From NCBI GenBank assembly GCA_025058345.1, contig JANXEN010000004.1:50929-114928 (forward strand): a stretch of 64,000 bases of DNA, in the 5' to 3' direction. The position numbers and the translations under genes are program-made. Of this stretch, positions 38,196 to 47,902 are shown piece by piece (within the stretch, counting starts at the first letter, position 1; every line of letters starts with the position of its first letter). The stretch comes from Sulfolobales archaeon (GTDB taxonomy: Archaea > Thermoproteota > Thermoprotei_A > Sulfolobales > NBVN01). The notes below the pieces were generated by a model, which worked only from the letters and a program-made list of their open reading frames with translations, was not told the DNA's origin and ran no database searches.

Positions 38196-38212
38196 ATAAG
38201 TTTTAACGGCAT
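38196..38212 (+). promoter_or_regulatory. 17-nt element ATAAGTTTTAACGGCAT overlapping a TATA-like box; an identical copy at 56784-56800 lies upstream of the nucleotidyltransferase gene
   Basis: Both copies read directly from the sequence. Both lie 14-25 nt upstream of a gene start on the + strand. Confidence 0.4.
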
Positions 38213-38225
38213 TTTAACGTAAGGG

Positions 38226-38918
38226 ATGTGTTTGAGTGAAAGTTATGTAGTGCTTAAGGATGTGTGGAAAATTTACAGGACGGGCGCCGTAGAGTGGCCT
38301 GCGTTACGAGGTGTTAACTTAAGTATTGATCGTAAAACATTCACTGCAGTTATAGGTCCTTCAGGAAGCGGTAAATCCACTTTACTCAACATAGTTGGAG
38401 GTCTTGATAGACCGACCAGCGGCTCTGTCGTCGTTGGAGGTATGGACATCAGTAAACTTAATGGAAGGAAGCTAGCTAATTATAGAAACACACACATCGG
38501 CTTTGTTTTCCAGAGCTATAATCTCCTAAATTACCTTACTGTGTTCGAGAATGTGGAGTTACCTTTAGTTATTAAAGGTGTTGATAGTAGGGTGAGGAGG
38601 GATGCAGTGCTTAGCATGTTGGATATGTTCGGTCTTAGGGAGATGGCCTACAAGAGACCTGTAGAGCTAAGCGGTGGTGAGCAGCAGAGGGTAGCAATAG
38701 CTAGGGCGTTAATAAACTCACCTAGCCTCATATTGGCTGATGAACCTACTGGTAACTTAGACTCTAAGAACGCTCAAATAGTTGTGGAAGCCTTTAGAAA
38801 ACTGGTCAGCGAGCATGGTAAAACTATACTTATGGTAACCCACAATATTGAGCTTACTAAGTATGCAGACGTTATTGTTAAAATGAGGGATGGAAATATA
38901 GTTGAGGTGAGTTCGTGA
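38226..38918 (+). CDS. ABC transporter ATP-binding protein, MacB/LolD/FtsE type
   Basis: Walker [11 protein letters not shown]-loop, signature [15 protein letters not shown] and Walker [12 protein letters not shown]. Confidence 0.9.
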   Translation: MCLSESYVVLKDVWKIYRTGAVEWPALRGVNLSIDRKTFTAVIGPSGSGKSTLLNIVGGLDRPTSGSVVVGGMDISKLNGRKLANYRNTHIGFVFQSYNLLNYLTVFENVELPLVIKGVDSRVRRDAVLSMLDMFGLREMAYKRPVELSGGEQQRVAIARALINSPSLILADEPTGNLDSKNAQIVVEAFRKLVSEHGKTILMVTHNIELTKYADVIVKMRDGNIVEVSS

Positions 38919-41857
38919 TGAGTAGGTATAAATTAATATTATGTGCGCTAATTTTCATTCTAGTAAGTCAAGTAGCGTCCTCAATGAAATTATATAGTGA
39001 GGGTGAAAAGTTTGAGGTGCTCACAGTTATATGGGGAACAGCGTCAACCCCTGCTGAGGTAGGCCCTGGGGACGTCGGGCAGCTAACCATAGTGTTAAGG
39101 ACTAAGAACTCTATTCAATCATCTACGTTAGTTGCGTATCTAGACCTACCGAAGGGATTAACTTCAATAAACGGTGAATCAACCGCTATTACATACCTTA
39201 AATATGGAGGTACTTCAATACCTGCAGGCACCGTCTTGGAACTACAATTTAGAGTTAAAATTGCGGATAGTGCTGCTTTAGGGCGACATACCGCTAAACT
39301 AACTTTAGAGTATGTTGTGGAAGTCCTCTACTATAGTAGGACGTACAGCGACGAAATATACGTAACCATACCTATAAGCGGTAGACCTGATATAAGCATC
39401 TACAGCTATCCATCAGAAGTTAATCCAGGCAAACAATTAATAACCTTCAAGTTAAGCAATAATGGAACAGCAGCAGCTAATAAAATATCCATAGATATCT
39501 CGCTTCAGCCATCTCTATTTATCAACACATCTAAAATTGAATTGAGTAATTTAACACAAAATGGCGATTCATCAGTAAGTATTGAGGCATTCATACCCCC
39601 ATCACTTTCAAATTCCACTATAACTATAACTTCATCAATAACTTACTATGGACCGCTATCAGTCCTATACTCAAAAACATTCAGAAACGTCATATATGTA
39701 AATCAGTACGAAAAACCGTTACTAGACCTTCGCACAGATTTAACTGAAGTATCAAGCAGCGCTGTATCGAATCTATACCTAACTATCATAAACAAAGGAG
39801 GTTTTGCTAAGGACTTAGTAATCAGACTGTCGACACAGCAACCACTTCAAATATGCGGTAAATCCCTTTATTTAGTAGATTCTTTAAAGTCAGGGGAAAA
39901 TACATCTCTACCTGTAAAGCTATGCGCGCTGCCAACGTCAACTGACGTAATTACACCAATTACTGTATCAGTAGACTATAGCGATGTGTATGGTGTAGTA
40001 AGCTCTAAAACATATAACCTACCCATAACTTTAAGGGCTGTTCGTGAGTCACCATTAAGTCCCTACCTAATTACTAGGGAAATACCAGGAGGGATTGAAA
40101 GTAGGTTAATGCTTAACTTAAGTAATCTAGGTAATACTTATTTGAAAAACGTAAGTGTTCAATTAACTCTCCCACAAAACATCATAGTACTTACGTTACC
40201 GCAATTCAAGTTAGATACCATTGACCCTATGGGTTTCGTAATCATTGATTTTCCGATTAAAGCGTCGTATGTTGATTCAACTACTTATTCTAAGGTAAGT
40301 TTTCAAGTAGGATATACAGACCCTTCAGGTAATTACTTCATAAATACCTACGACTTCGCTATAGTTATTAAACCGCAGGAATTACGTCCGTTACTAACTG
40401 TTAAAATTGAGCCGAAGACGTTTAACCCACTGTCGACAGGTTCACTATTGATTGGTTTGGTAAGTAGTGATGAAGTTAACAACTTAGTTGTTTCGGTATC
40501 CAATGAGGGTACACCATTGATTTTAAGCGGTAGTAAAGAGCTCGTAATAGGTAAGTTAAGCCGGAATGAGGAACGTTCCGTTAGCATTCCATATGTAGTA
40601 GGTAATAAACCTGGGACTTACTCACTCATCATTAATGTTAAATACGTGGATTCAGTCGGTGTTTTAAGGAGTTCTACACATACATATGCGATAGAGGTAT
40701 TACCACTCAAGAACGTTCTAAACATAAGTGTATACCCTTCAACAGTTTTATCAAGCAGCACTACAACCATAGAGTTTACGATTACGAATGTTGGTGATAG
40801 CCGTATTAAGGATCTCATGCTGAGTATCAATCCTCAAGGTTCAGCAATAACTTTAGCTGAGTCAGCAAAGCACTACATAGGTGATTTAGAACCGAAGGGA
40901 AGTAAGGTCTTAAAAGTTGCAGTAAGAAGTAGCTACGTATCAGCGTATACGACGGTACTTATTTCATTAGGAGTCACTTACTACGACGTTCTAAACCAGC
41001 TATACAGTGAGACGTATACGTCAACGTTAGTGGTAGAGCCTAAGACACCGTTAAGTAAGCTAGACATCACAACTAATGCGACGGAGTTAACTATAGCTTC
41101 AATCAATAACGTTGCTATAAAGTTAAGGAATACAGGAAGTGAGGTGATTGAGGGGATAAGCTATAGGATTACTTCAGGTTCTGCTTTAAACATCATCGGT
41201 GCAAACGATGGTTATATCCCAACTTTAAAACCTGGTGAATCGGTAACTATAAATGTACCTATATATGTGACCTTAACAAGTACATACACCTCGAATATCG
41301 TCCTCAGCCTTACATATACCGATAAATCTTTAGGCAGTGTTAGGAATGAAGATAAGACATTCACCTTATTGTTGAGGGGTAAGGTTGACTTAAGGGTCAT
41401 AGATTATGTGGTAATGCCTACTGCGGTGAGTGTAGGTCAAACTTTCTCGGTTTCACTTACATTAATAAACGTAGGGGTAACACCGGCGTATTCGACGTTT
41501 ATCAGTCCTGTACTTACTGGTATGCCTGTCAGAAGTGCTACGGAGGAAAGGACGATATATCTAGGTAATATTGAGGTTGGTTCAACTACAGCTGCTACAA
41601 TAACTCTACAACTAATGAACACATCTGAACGTATCGTTAGGTTACCAATAGTTATTACGTACTTAGATAATTTAAGAACACCTCAGAATGTGACATCCGA
41701 AGTAGTTATTAGGGTATCTCCATCTATGAATGTTTCCCCTACAGCATCACCGGGCAATTTGAGTAGGGGTAACGGCTCTCTACCGATTTACATGATCATT
41801 ATAATCGCCGCTGTTGCTGTGGTTGCTTTAGTTGTTTGGAAACTTATGAGGAGGTAG
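38915..41857 (+). CDS. Large surface protein: signal/anchor, eight tandem ~112-aa CARDB/S-layer-domain-like beta-sandwich repeats, and a C-terminal TM anchor
   Basis: Repeat-terminal Y-x-D motifs at aa 133, 245, 355, 468, 578, 690, 802 and 917 give a 110-115-aa period. At least 14 N-x-S/T sequons. C-terminal LPIYMIIIIAAVAVVALVVWKLMRR. The start overlaps the ATPase stop (TGATG). Confidence 0.8.
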   Translation: MMSRYKLILCALIFILVSQVASSMKLYSEGEKFEVLTVIWGTASTPAEVGPGDVGQLTIVLRTKNSIQSSTLVAYLDLPKGLTSINGESTAITYLKYGGTSIPAGTVLELQFRVKIADSAALGRHTAKLTLEYVVEVLYYSRTYSDEIYVTIPISGRPDISIYSYPSEVNPGKQLITFKLSNNGTAAANKISIDISLQPSLFINTSKIELSNLTQNGDSSVSIEAFIPPSLSNSTITITSSITYYGPLSVLYSKTFRNVIYVNQYEKPLLDLRTDLTEVSSSAVSNLYLTIINKGGFAKDLVIRLSTQQPLQICGKSLYLVDSLKSGENTSLPVKLCALPTSTDVITPITVSVDYSDVYGVVSSKTYNLPITLRAVRESPLSPYLITREIPGGIESRLMLNLSNLGNTYLKNVSVQLTLPQNIIVLTLPQFKLDTIDPMGFVIIDFPIKASYVDSTTYSKVSFQVGYTDPSGNYFINTYDFAIVIKPQELRPLLTVKIEPKTFNPLSTGSLLIGLVSSDEVNNLVVSVSNEGTPLILSGSKELVIGKLSRNEERSVSIPYVVGNKPGTYSLIINVKYVDSVGVLRSSTHTYAIEVLPLKNVLNISVYPSTVLSSSTTTIEFTITNVGDSRIKDLMLSINPQGSAITLAESAKHYIGDLEPKGSKVLKVAVRSSYVSAYTTVLISLGVTYYDVLNQLYSETYTSTLVVEPKTPLSKLDITTNATELTIASINNVAIKLRNTGSEVIEGISYRITSGSALNIIGANDGYIPTLKPGESVTINVPIYVTLTSTYTSNIVLSLTYTDKSLGSVRNEDKTFTLLLRGKVDLRVIDYVVMPTAVSVGQTFSVSLTLINVGVTPAYSTFISPVLTGMPVRSATEERTIYLGNIEVGSTTAATITLQLMNTSERIVRLPIVITYLDNLRTPQNVTSEVVIRVSPSMNVSPTASPGNLSRGNGSLPIYMIIIIAAVAVVALVVWKLMRR

Positions 41858-41860
41858 GTA

Positions 41861-43081
41861 ATGAATCCGTACGACGCATTAAGATTAGCCTGGAAGCAAT
41901 TGGTTCAACGGAAGTTGAGGACTGCTCTAACTGTTTTAGCTGTGGCTGTAGGGGTTATGGTGATAATAGCACTGTCATCACATACTCAGGGACTTTACGT
42001 TAGTTTCATAGCTAATTTCGAGAAACTCGGACCTACTACGGTAATAGTTACTTCAGCCGGGACTAGACTTTTAAGTGACACGGATTTATATAGAATTGCG
42101 GAGCTCCCTAATGTAGCCAGTGTTATACCGATGAGGAGTTTAGGCGGTAGTGTTGAGGGTTTAAACACTAGGGTTTCTATTGTTGGGGTAAGGTCGTATG
42201 AATTGAAGGAACTGCTTGGAGGGAACGTAGATTTAAACGACGGTAATCTATTTCCTGATTCACCCATACCCGCCGCAGTAGTTGGTTACAATATCGCGTA
42301 CGACCCATCTAGTGGTAGGAAATTAATTGATGTTGGTCAAGTGATTGTAGTAAGGGTCGGAAGTAGATCATTAGTCCTCAACGTGTTGGGGATACTTAAC
42401 TACTACGGTAGTTCAGTATTCCTCTCATCACCTGATGACACCATCTACATACCGTTGGAGTACTTCGTACGGTTTAGCGGAACTCAAGGGTATTCAGCAG
42501 TTATGGTTAAGGCATCCGACGTAAGTGTAGTTAGTGAAGTTGCTGATAACGTTAGGACGTTACTAGGTGCTAGAGCTAGAATTACTACAGTTCAATCAGT
42601 TATAAACACCTTCACTACGATTTTAAATCAGATAAACTTATTGTTAGTCAGTATTGCAAGCACTTCATTCATAGCAGCTGGCTTAGGAACATTTAACATA
42701 ATGATGATCTCGGTCTTAGAAAGAACTAGAGAGATAGGTCTTATAAAGGCTTTAGGGATGAGGGATTCTGAAGTATTACTCCTTTATCTAACTCAGGGGT
42801 TATTAGTTGGGATTATAGGTGGGTTAATAGGATTCGGCTTAGGTATCGTTCTATCTCATGCGTTGAGTTACGTCTTCTCATTTGGTATGGGAGCAGCGCC
42901 TGTTGGTGGAGGACCTGGTGCAGCTAGATCTTCCAACTTCGCAAGCTATACACCTATAGTAAGTAATTACTACACACTTATCGCTATATTCCTCTCAATG
43001 TTCACTACCGCGGTTGCATCTATCTACCCGTCTTGGAGGGCAGCAAGGTTAAATCCGGTTGAAGCACTTAGATATGAATGA
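41861..43081 (+). CDS. ABC transporter permease, FtsX/MacB type (TM1, large extracytoplasmic domain, three C-terminal TMs)
   Basis: LRTALTVLAVAVGV TM1, a ~220-aa loop and the FtsX-domain motif ERTREIGLIKALGM. GGAGG at 41850-41854 sits just upstream of the ATG. Confidence 0.85.
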   Translation: MNPYDALRLAWKQLVQRKLRTALTVLAVAVGVMVIIALSSHTQGLYVSFIANFEKLGPTTVIVTSAGTRLLSDTDLYRIAELPNVASVIPMRSLGGSVEGLNTRVSIVGVRSYELKELLGGNVDLNDGNLFPDSPIPAAVVGYNIAYDPSSGRKLIDVGQVIVVRVGSRSLVLNVLGILNYYGSSVFLSSPDDTIYIPLEYFVRFSGTQGYSAVMVKASDVSVVSEVADNVRTLLGARARITTVQSVINTFTTILNQINLLLVSIASTSFIAAGLGTFNIMMISVLERTREIGLIKALGMRDSEVLLLYLTQGLLVGIIGGLIGFGLGIVLSHALSYVFSFGMGAAPVGGGPGAARSSNFASYTPIVSNYYTLIAIFLSMFTTAVASIYPSWRAARLNPVEALRYE

Positions 43082-43159
43082 TAATTAGTACCAGGAATAT
43101 TAGGATTACCTACGTTACGATTTCAATTTTTGCGCTGTAGTAAAAAAGTTTGAAGGAAT

Positions 43160-43813
43160 CTAATTACGGGTTATTATATCAAACAACTCTGTTAAGTCTC
43201 TAATTACGTAAGTAGGTTCTACATTATTTAAGGTAGTATTATCCCTCGATCTCTTAACGTATACTGAAATAGCGCCCACGGATTTAGCCGGTTTTATATC
43301 GTACTCGGTATCACCAACAATTAAAGCTTCATGAGGTGGGATTTTGGTGCGTTTTAGGGCTTCGAGGTAGAGGTCGGGATAAGGTTTACTTCTAGTTACC
43401 TCTTCCCCAGCAACTAAAACATCGAAATATCCAATAATGTTGAAGTATTCTAACATGATTAGGAGCAGTGGTATCGATGTGGATGTCGCGATTGAGAGTT
43501 TAATTCCGTAGCTCTTTAAACCTTGAATGGTGTCGTAGACCTCAGGAAATACGGTAACTGCGTTATTCCTAAGTAGGTTTAAGAATATTTTATCTTTAAA
43601 GAATCTTATCGTTTTATAGTTCTTAACGGCTTCCCTCCCTAGAACCATCTCGGTTATTACATCTCCTCTAGCCCCAATATATTTACGTATCTCATCTATC
43701 GATACATTTCCATACCCAACTAATTTGTAGGCGTTTGCCCAAGCTATGGCGTGTGCTTCGTTACTATCTATTAATGTCCCATCTAAATCGAAGATGACTG
43801 CCTTAATTACCAT
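43160..43813 (-). CDS. HAD-superfamily hydrolase (beta-phosphoglucomutase/phosphatase-like)
   Basis: Motif I FDLDGTLIDS, motif II ATS and motif III VGDTEYD. Confidence 0.8.
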   Translation of the reverse strand: MVIKAVIFDLDGTLIDSNEAHAIAWANAYKLVGYGNVSIDEIRKYIGARGDVITEMVLGREAVKNYKTIRFFKDKIFLNLLRNNAVTVFPEVYDTIQGLKSYGIKLSIATSTSIPLLLIMLEYFNIIGYFDVLVAGEEVTRSKPYPDLYLEALKRTKIPPHEALIVGDTEYDIKPAKSVGAISVYVKRSRDNTTLNNVEPTYVIRDLTELFDIITRN

Positions 43814-43822
43814 TTTAGATGC

Positions 43823-44620
43823 CTACATGATATCTTTAGATACTTTTCTGACTTCGAATTGCTTTAAAGACCTAGAAATCATCTCCGCGACTTTACCCTC
43901 CACCTGATCAGCCATAGAATCAAATACCTCTGTATTTACGTCGTAATTTAAGTACTTTCCTAGAAGGAGTAATAGATGTTTCGCAGCTCTGTAGTCGAAC
44001 TCATCTACTTGCACTATAGGTTCCCAGGTCTCTGATAGTAGTACAACGGCAGGTATGTCATAGTATGAGGCCCAACCAACTATTGCTCCATTAACTCCAG
44101 AAACTACACCGCTCTGTAGGAGTTGGGCATCATACTTTAAGAACTCATTAATTAACTTTTCATTATTACCGGTTACATATATGTTTCTCCTACCACTTAC
44201 GTTAGCCACCACATATGCTGCAGTAGCTATCACCTTATCTAAACCGTTTCTATGGAGGTACTCTAGGATGTGGTCGCAGAATTCGTTCTGAGCTTCAGGA
44301 GTTGCTGGCTGTGCGTTAGCCGTTAACACTAAGCCTAGTGGAGTATCATGTAGTGTCGCCTTAAATAAATTGGCTAGTCCGTTGCTGATGTTGACTTGGG
44401 GGGGATAGCTATACATGTAGAACTCGGCAACTAATTTTGACTGCGTTGATGCAATAACGTGGTTAGCTACGGTGTATGCAACACCTCCCATACCTGGGAG
44501 GCCGACGATTAGAGTTCTACCTCTAGGAATAAATTCACGTATCTGCTTAACTTTGAACAGTGTATCACCTAAAACATCACACAATATATAATTTAAAAAC
44601 CTAAGGGATACTCCCATCAC
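43823..44620 (-). CDS. PAC2-family (proteasome assembly chaperone-like) protein
   Basis: LIVGLPGMGGVAYTVANHVI resembles the PAC2 N-terminal motif. Typical length of about 265 aa. Confidence 0.6.
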   Translation of the reverse strand: MMGVSLRFLNYILCDVLGDTLFKVKQIREFIPRGRTLIVGLPGMGGVAYTVANHVIASTQSKLVAEFYMYSYPPQVNISNGLANLFKATLHDTPLGLVLTANAQPATPEAQNEFCDHILEYLHRNGLDKVIATAAYVVANVSGRRNIYVTGNNEKLINEFLKYDAQLLQSGVVSGVNGAIVGWASYYDIPAVVLLSETWEPIVQVDEFDYRAAKHLLLLLGKYLNYDVNTEVFDSMADQVEGKVAEMISRSLKQFEVRKVSKDIM

Positions 44621-44746
44621 GTATTCTTTCTTAAACGATTACACGGTCAGACTTCCTGGAACATCACGTAAACCGGTTATCAAATCGCGGTACTCCGAAA
44701 ACGATTTAATATTTTACCTAGTAACTAATGCTTAAGCGGTGTCTAA

Positions 44747-45298
44747 ATGATAAGTAGGACTGAAGCTCTTAATTTGCTCAATAGATATTTAACTAACGAT
44801 AGAAATGTAAAGCACTGTATATCTGTTGAAGTAATTATGAAATTTCTAGCTCGTAAGTTAGGTGAGGATGAAGAGCTGTGGGGGATTACCGGATTACTTC
44901 ACGACATAGACTACGAACTTGTTGGTAAAGACTTAAGTAGACATGGATTGTTAGCGAAGGAAATTTTAAAGGATTTACTACCGATGGAGGCTCTAGAGGC
45001 TATAACCTCACACAACGAATTAACCGGCTGTACATCAGAGTCAAAAATATCTTACGCTCTTAAAGCTGCAGATCATATTTCTGGGTTATTAGTAGCTACT
45101 GCTCTAGTCATGCCTAGTAAAAAGATTGGTGAGGTTCGCATTGATTCTGTGATGAAAAAGTTCAAACAGAGAGATTTCGCGAAAGGTGTTGATAGGGGAA
45201 GGATACTGCTATGTGAGAAACTAGGTTTAAATCTGGAGGAGTTCATCTCACTATCTTTAGATGCGTTGAAAACTATTAGTCATGAGTTGGGTTTATAG
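44747..45298 (+). CDS. HD-domain phosphohydrolase
   Basis: H...LLHDID HD motif and downstream His residues. Confidence 0.7.
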   Translation: MISRTEALNLLNRYLTNDRNVKHCISVEVIMKFLARKLGEDEELWGITGLLHDIDYELVGKDLSRHGLLAKEILKDLLPMEALEAITSHNELTGCTSESKISYALKAADHISGLLVATALVMPSKKIGEVRIDSVMKKFKQRDFAKGVDRGRILLCEKLGLNLEEFISLSLDALKTISHELGL

Positions 45299-45316
45299 CG
45301 AGTAACTAAACTCGCA

Positions 45317-45811
45317 TCAACTCCTCAAACCATTCCAATAGACTCTATATGAGATTTTATCATGCAGGTATAGGGTTATATGTGGGTAGGTGTTTTTAAT
45401 TCTGCTTAGAACAAGTTCATCGTCATCATGATATTCAATTATGTTGAAGCCTTCATTAATTGCTTTCCCAAGAAGCTCTAATTTTAAAGTGTCTGCAGGT
45501 CTACGATCGTATCGCTCTCTCATGTATATCTTATCAGGGTTTAAGTCGTAAAATAGCCCTAACTGATTTATTGTTTGCTTATATAGTTTCTTAGGTCTTC
45601 CAGTTATAATTATTACTCCATAGACCCCAACTTTAGATTTGATTAATTCTCTCGCAACGTCACGTGGTCTATCTAAGTTCATCAGGCTTTCGTCGAAGAA
45701 TATCTCCCAGAAGTTCTCTGATTCGCTAATCTTAGATAGTTCTTTGGCTACCTTCAACCTCTCATCGATATCAACTAAGACACCATCTACGTCGAAGGCT
45801 ATGTAATTCAT
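45317..45811 (-). CDS. HAD-like hydrolase (small, nucleotidase/phosphatase-like)
   Basis: Motif I FDVDGVLVD, ITGR and a C-terminal DD motif. Confidence 0.6.
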   Translation of the reverse strand: MNYIAFDVDGVLVDIDERLKVAKELSKISESENFWEIFFDESLMNLDRPRDVARELIKSKVGVYGVIIITGRPKKLYKQTINQLGLFYDLNPDKIYMRERYDRRPADTLKLELLGKAINEGFNIIEYHDDDELVLSRIKNTYPHITLYLHDKISYRVYWNGLRS

Positions 45812-45884
45812 TAGCCCGCTTCATCATATACACTATAATTAAGCTTATATATTAAGTGGTTTAAAGTAATGTAGGGGATATCGA

Positions 45885-46175
45885 TTGAGTCGAGATCAGG
45901 TACTAGGTTTCGGGATGGTGATAATCTCCATCATCGTCATCGCTACCTACGCTTGGTTAGTATTCCTAAGTGATTTAGCGATCATGATCCTTAAGTTAAC
46001 AGGTTTTGCTGCAATATTAGCTGTGTTTGGAATTTTAGCATGGATAGGTTACACATTAGCGACAACACCACCACCCAAACCTATAGAGGAAATCGAGAAG
46101 GAAATAGAGGATGAATTAAAGAAGCTGGAAAGTAGTGCACAAAAACCAGCTGTTGAAGAGAGTAAAGGTAGCTAA
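45885..46175 (+). CDS. Small membrane protein (two TM helices, acidic C-terminal tail)
   Basis: Two hydrophobic segments followed by EEIEKEIEDELKKLE. A T7 tract lies downstream. Confidence 0.5.
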   Translation: MSRDQVLGFGMVIISIIVIATYAWLVFLSDLAIMILKLTGFAAILAVFGILAWIGYTLATTPPPKPIEEIEKEIEDELKKLESSAQKPAVEESKGS

Positions 46176-46228
46176 AGTTATTGTAATTATCTAATTCAAA
46201 CAGTCAATTAATGGTTGATGTAAGGCTA

Positions 46229-46235
46229 TTTTTTT
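46229..46235 (+). terminator. Oligo-T tract (T7) after the 45885-46175 gene
   Basis: Read directly. Confidence 0.3.
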
Positions 46236-46270
46236 AAGAAAGTTAGTATATGGGTTTTCCATTAATTTAG

Positions 46271-46513
46271 TCATGCTTTCGATATCAGAACCTCTACATA
46301 ACCTAATTCTTCCTTCTTAGCAGAAATTCTGAATCCATATCTATCAACGAAAACTTCAAGAACCTTAATTGGAATGTCTTCAGTGCTGACTCTAATTAAG
46401 GCCTCGGACTCAGTTAAATTCTTGAGGAAATTATTAAGTAGCACGGCGGGATGGCTAGTACATCCCGGCTCTCTATACCTAAGGTCAATGACTTTAATTT
46501 TCGGTTTAGACAT
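46271..46513 (-). CDS. Small TusA/SirA-like-fold protein (tentative)
   Basis: 80 aa. The layout IDLRYREPGCTSHP...ALIRVSTED...VLISKA resembles the TusA topology, but the CPxP motif is not canonical. Confidence 0.35.
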   Translation of the reverse strand: MSKPKIKVIDLRYREPGCTSHPAVLLNNFLKNLTESEALIRVSTEDIPIKVLEVFVDRYGFRISAKKEELGYVEVLISKA

Positions 46514-46611
46514 CTAACCCCCCTAATTGAATAATCCTTTAATTAAAAATCTTTAAGTTGATCTACTTAACTCAGACATATTAGCACTTAGAATAACGTT
46601 ACGTTTATTAA

Positions 46612-47817
46612 TTAATGGATGCTATGTTGTATTACTACGTTATCCTTAAGAAGTTTTTCTATCTCTTCGGATGTGTATCCTAATTCCTTAAGGATAACTG
46701 CTGTATGCTCACCTAATTGCGGGGGAGGTTCATACTTCCCAATATCGAATTCTCTACCTAGAAACTTTATGGGGCTGGAAATAGTTTTTATAACACCTAG
46801 AGATTTATGCCGCATCTCCCTTACCATCTCTCTAGCGACTGAGTGTGGATCTTTAAGCGCTTGACTGACCTTATTTACCGGAGCTGCAGGCACTCCAGCA
46901 TCCCTAAGTTTCTTAACCCAATAATCAACACCCTCCTTCATAAACACCCCTTCAAGCATCTTAATTAATTCTTCCCTATGTTTAACTCTTTCATAGTTTG
47001 TTGAGAATTTAGGATCGTTAATTAATTCTGGTATACCTATGCATGTGCAAAAGTCTTTCCATATGTTATCATTACCAACAGCAATTATGAAGTAACCGTC
47101 TTTAGCCTTAAATGCTTGGTAGGGAACTATGTTGGGATGCGCGCTACCCATCCTTTGAGGGTCTATCCCTAACGTGAAGTAGTAACCGGCTTGATGCGTT
47201 AGAATAGAAATAGAGCTATCCAGTAAAGATAGATCTATATGCACTCCAACTCCTTTATGGAGGATTGAAAGTATAGCAATTACCGCATACATACCGGTGA
47301 TTATGTCAGCTATAGGTACTCCAAACTTAACAGGCGGTCTATCAGGCTCACCAGTTAAGTCCATTAAACCACTCATAGCTAATGCTATGAGATCATATCC
47401 AGGTAAATCTTTATAAGGACCGTATTGACCGAAGCCAGATATGGAGCAGTAGATAATCTTAGGATTTATTTTTGACAGCGTCTCATAATCTATTCTAAGT
47501 TTCGAAGCGACTCCAGGTCTGAAAGATTCGATTAAGACGTGTGAACGACTAACAAGTCTGTAAATCACTTCCTTACCTTTATCGCTCCTAAGATCTACTA
47601 CAATACTTCTCTTACCTCTATTAACTGATGCGAAATAAGCACTATATTTATCTGAGTAAAACGGAGGTCCCCAATCCCTAGCGTGGTCGCCTGACGGAGA
47701 CTCTACTTTAATGACGTCCGCACCTAGGTCAGCTAAGATCATTGAAGCGAATGGACCTGCCATAGCTGATGTGAGGTCAACAACTCTAATACCGCTTAAT
47801 GGATAATTATCAGTCAT
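46612..47817 (-). CDS. Family III CoA-transferase (CaiB/BaiF type)
   Basis: N-terminal motif GIRVVDLTSAMAGPFASMILADLGADVIKVE, then ESFRPG. About 400 aa. Confidence 0.85.
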   Translation of the reverse strand: MTDNYPLSGIRVVDLTSAMAGPFASMILADLGADVIKVESPSGDHARDWGPPFYSDKYSAYFASVNRGKRSIVVDLRSDKGKEVIYRLVSRSHVLIESFRPGVASKLRIDYETLSKINPKIIYCSISGFGQYGPYKDLPGYDLIALAMSGLMDLTGEPDRPPVKFGVPIADIITGMYAVIAILSILHKGVGVHIDLSLLDSSISILTHQAGYYFTLGIDPQRMGSAHPNIVPYQAFKAKDGYFIIAVGNDNIWKDFCTCIGIPELINDPKFSTNYERVKHREELIKMLEGVFMKEGVDYWVKKLRDAGVPAAPVNKVSQALKDPHSVAREMVREMRHKSLGVIKTISSPIKFLGREFDIGKYEPPPQLGEHTAVILKELGYTSEEIEKLLKDNVVIQHSIH

Positions 47818-47902
47818 ATGACTTCACATCATAAGTATTCGATGGTAAATTATAACTTTTAGATTTATATGTCTTAAGGCCATACTTAACTAAGGGTTAA
47901 AT

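Noticed and set aside
44620-44675. A C/D-box-like arrangement on the minus strand upstream of the PAC2 gene (GTGATGT ... CTGA ... GTGATGG).
   Set aside because: The boxes are imperfect, and no terminal D box follows the second C-like box, which is actually the GTG-ATG start of the PAC2 gene.
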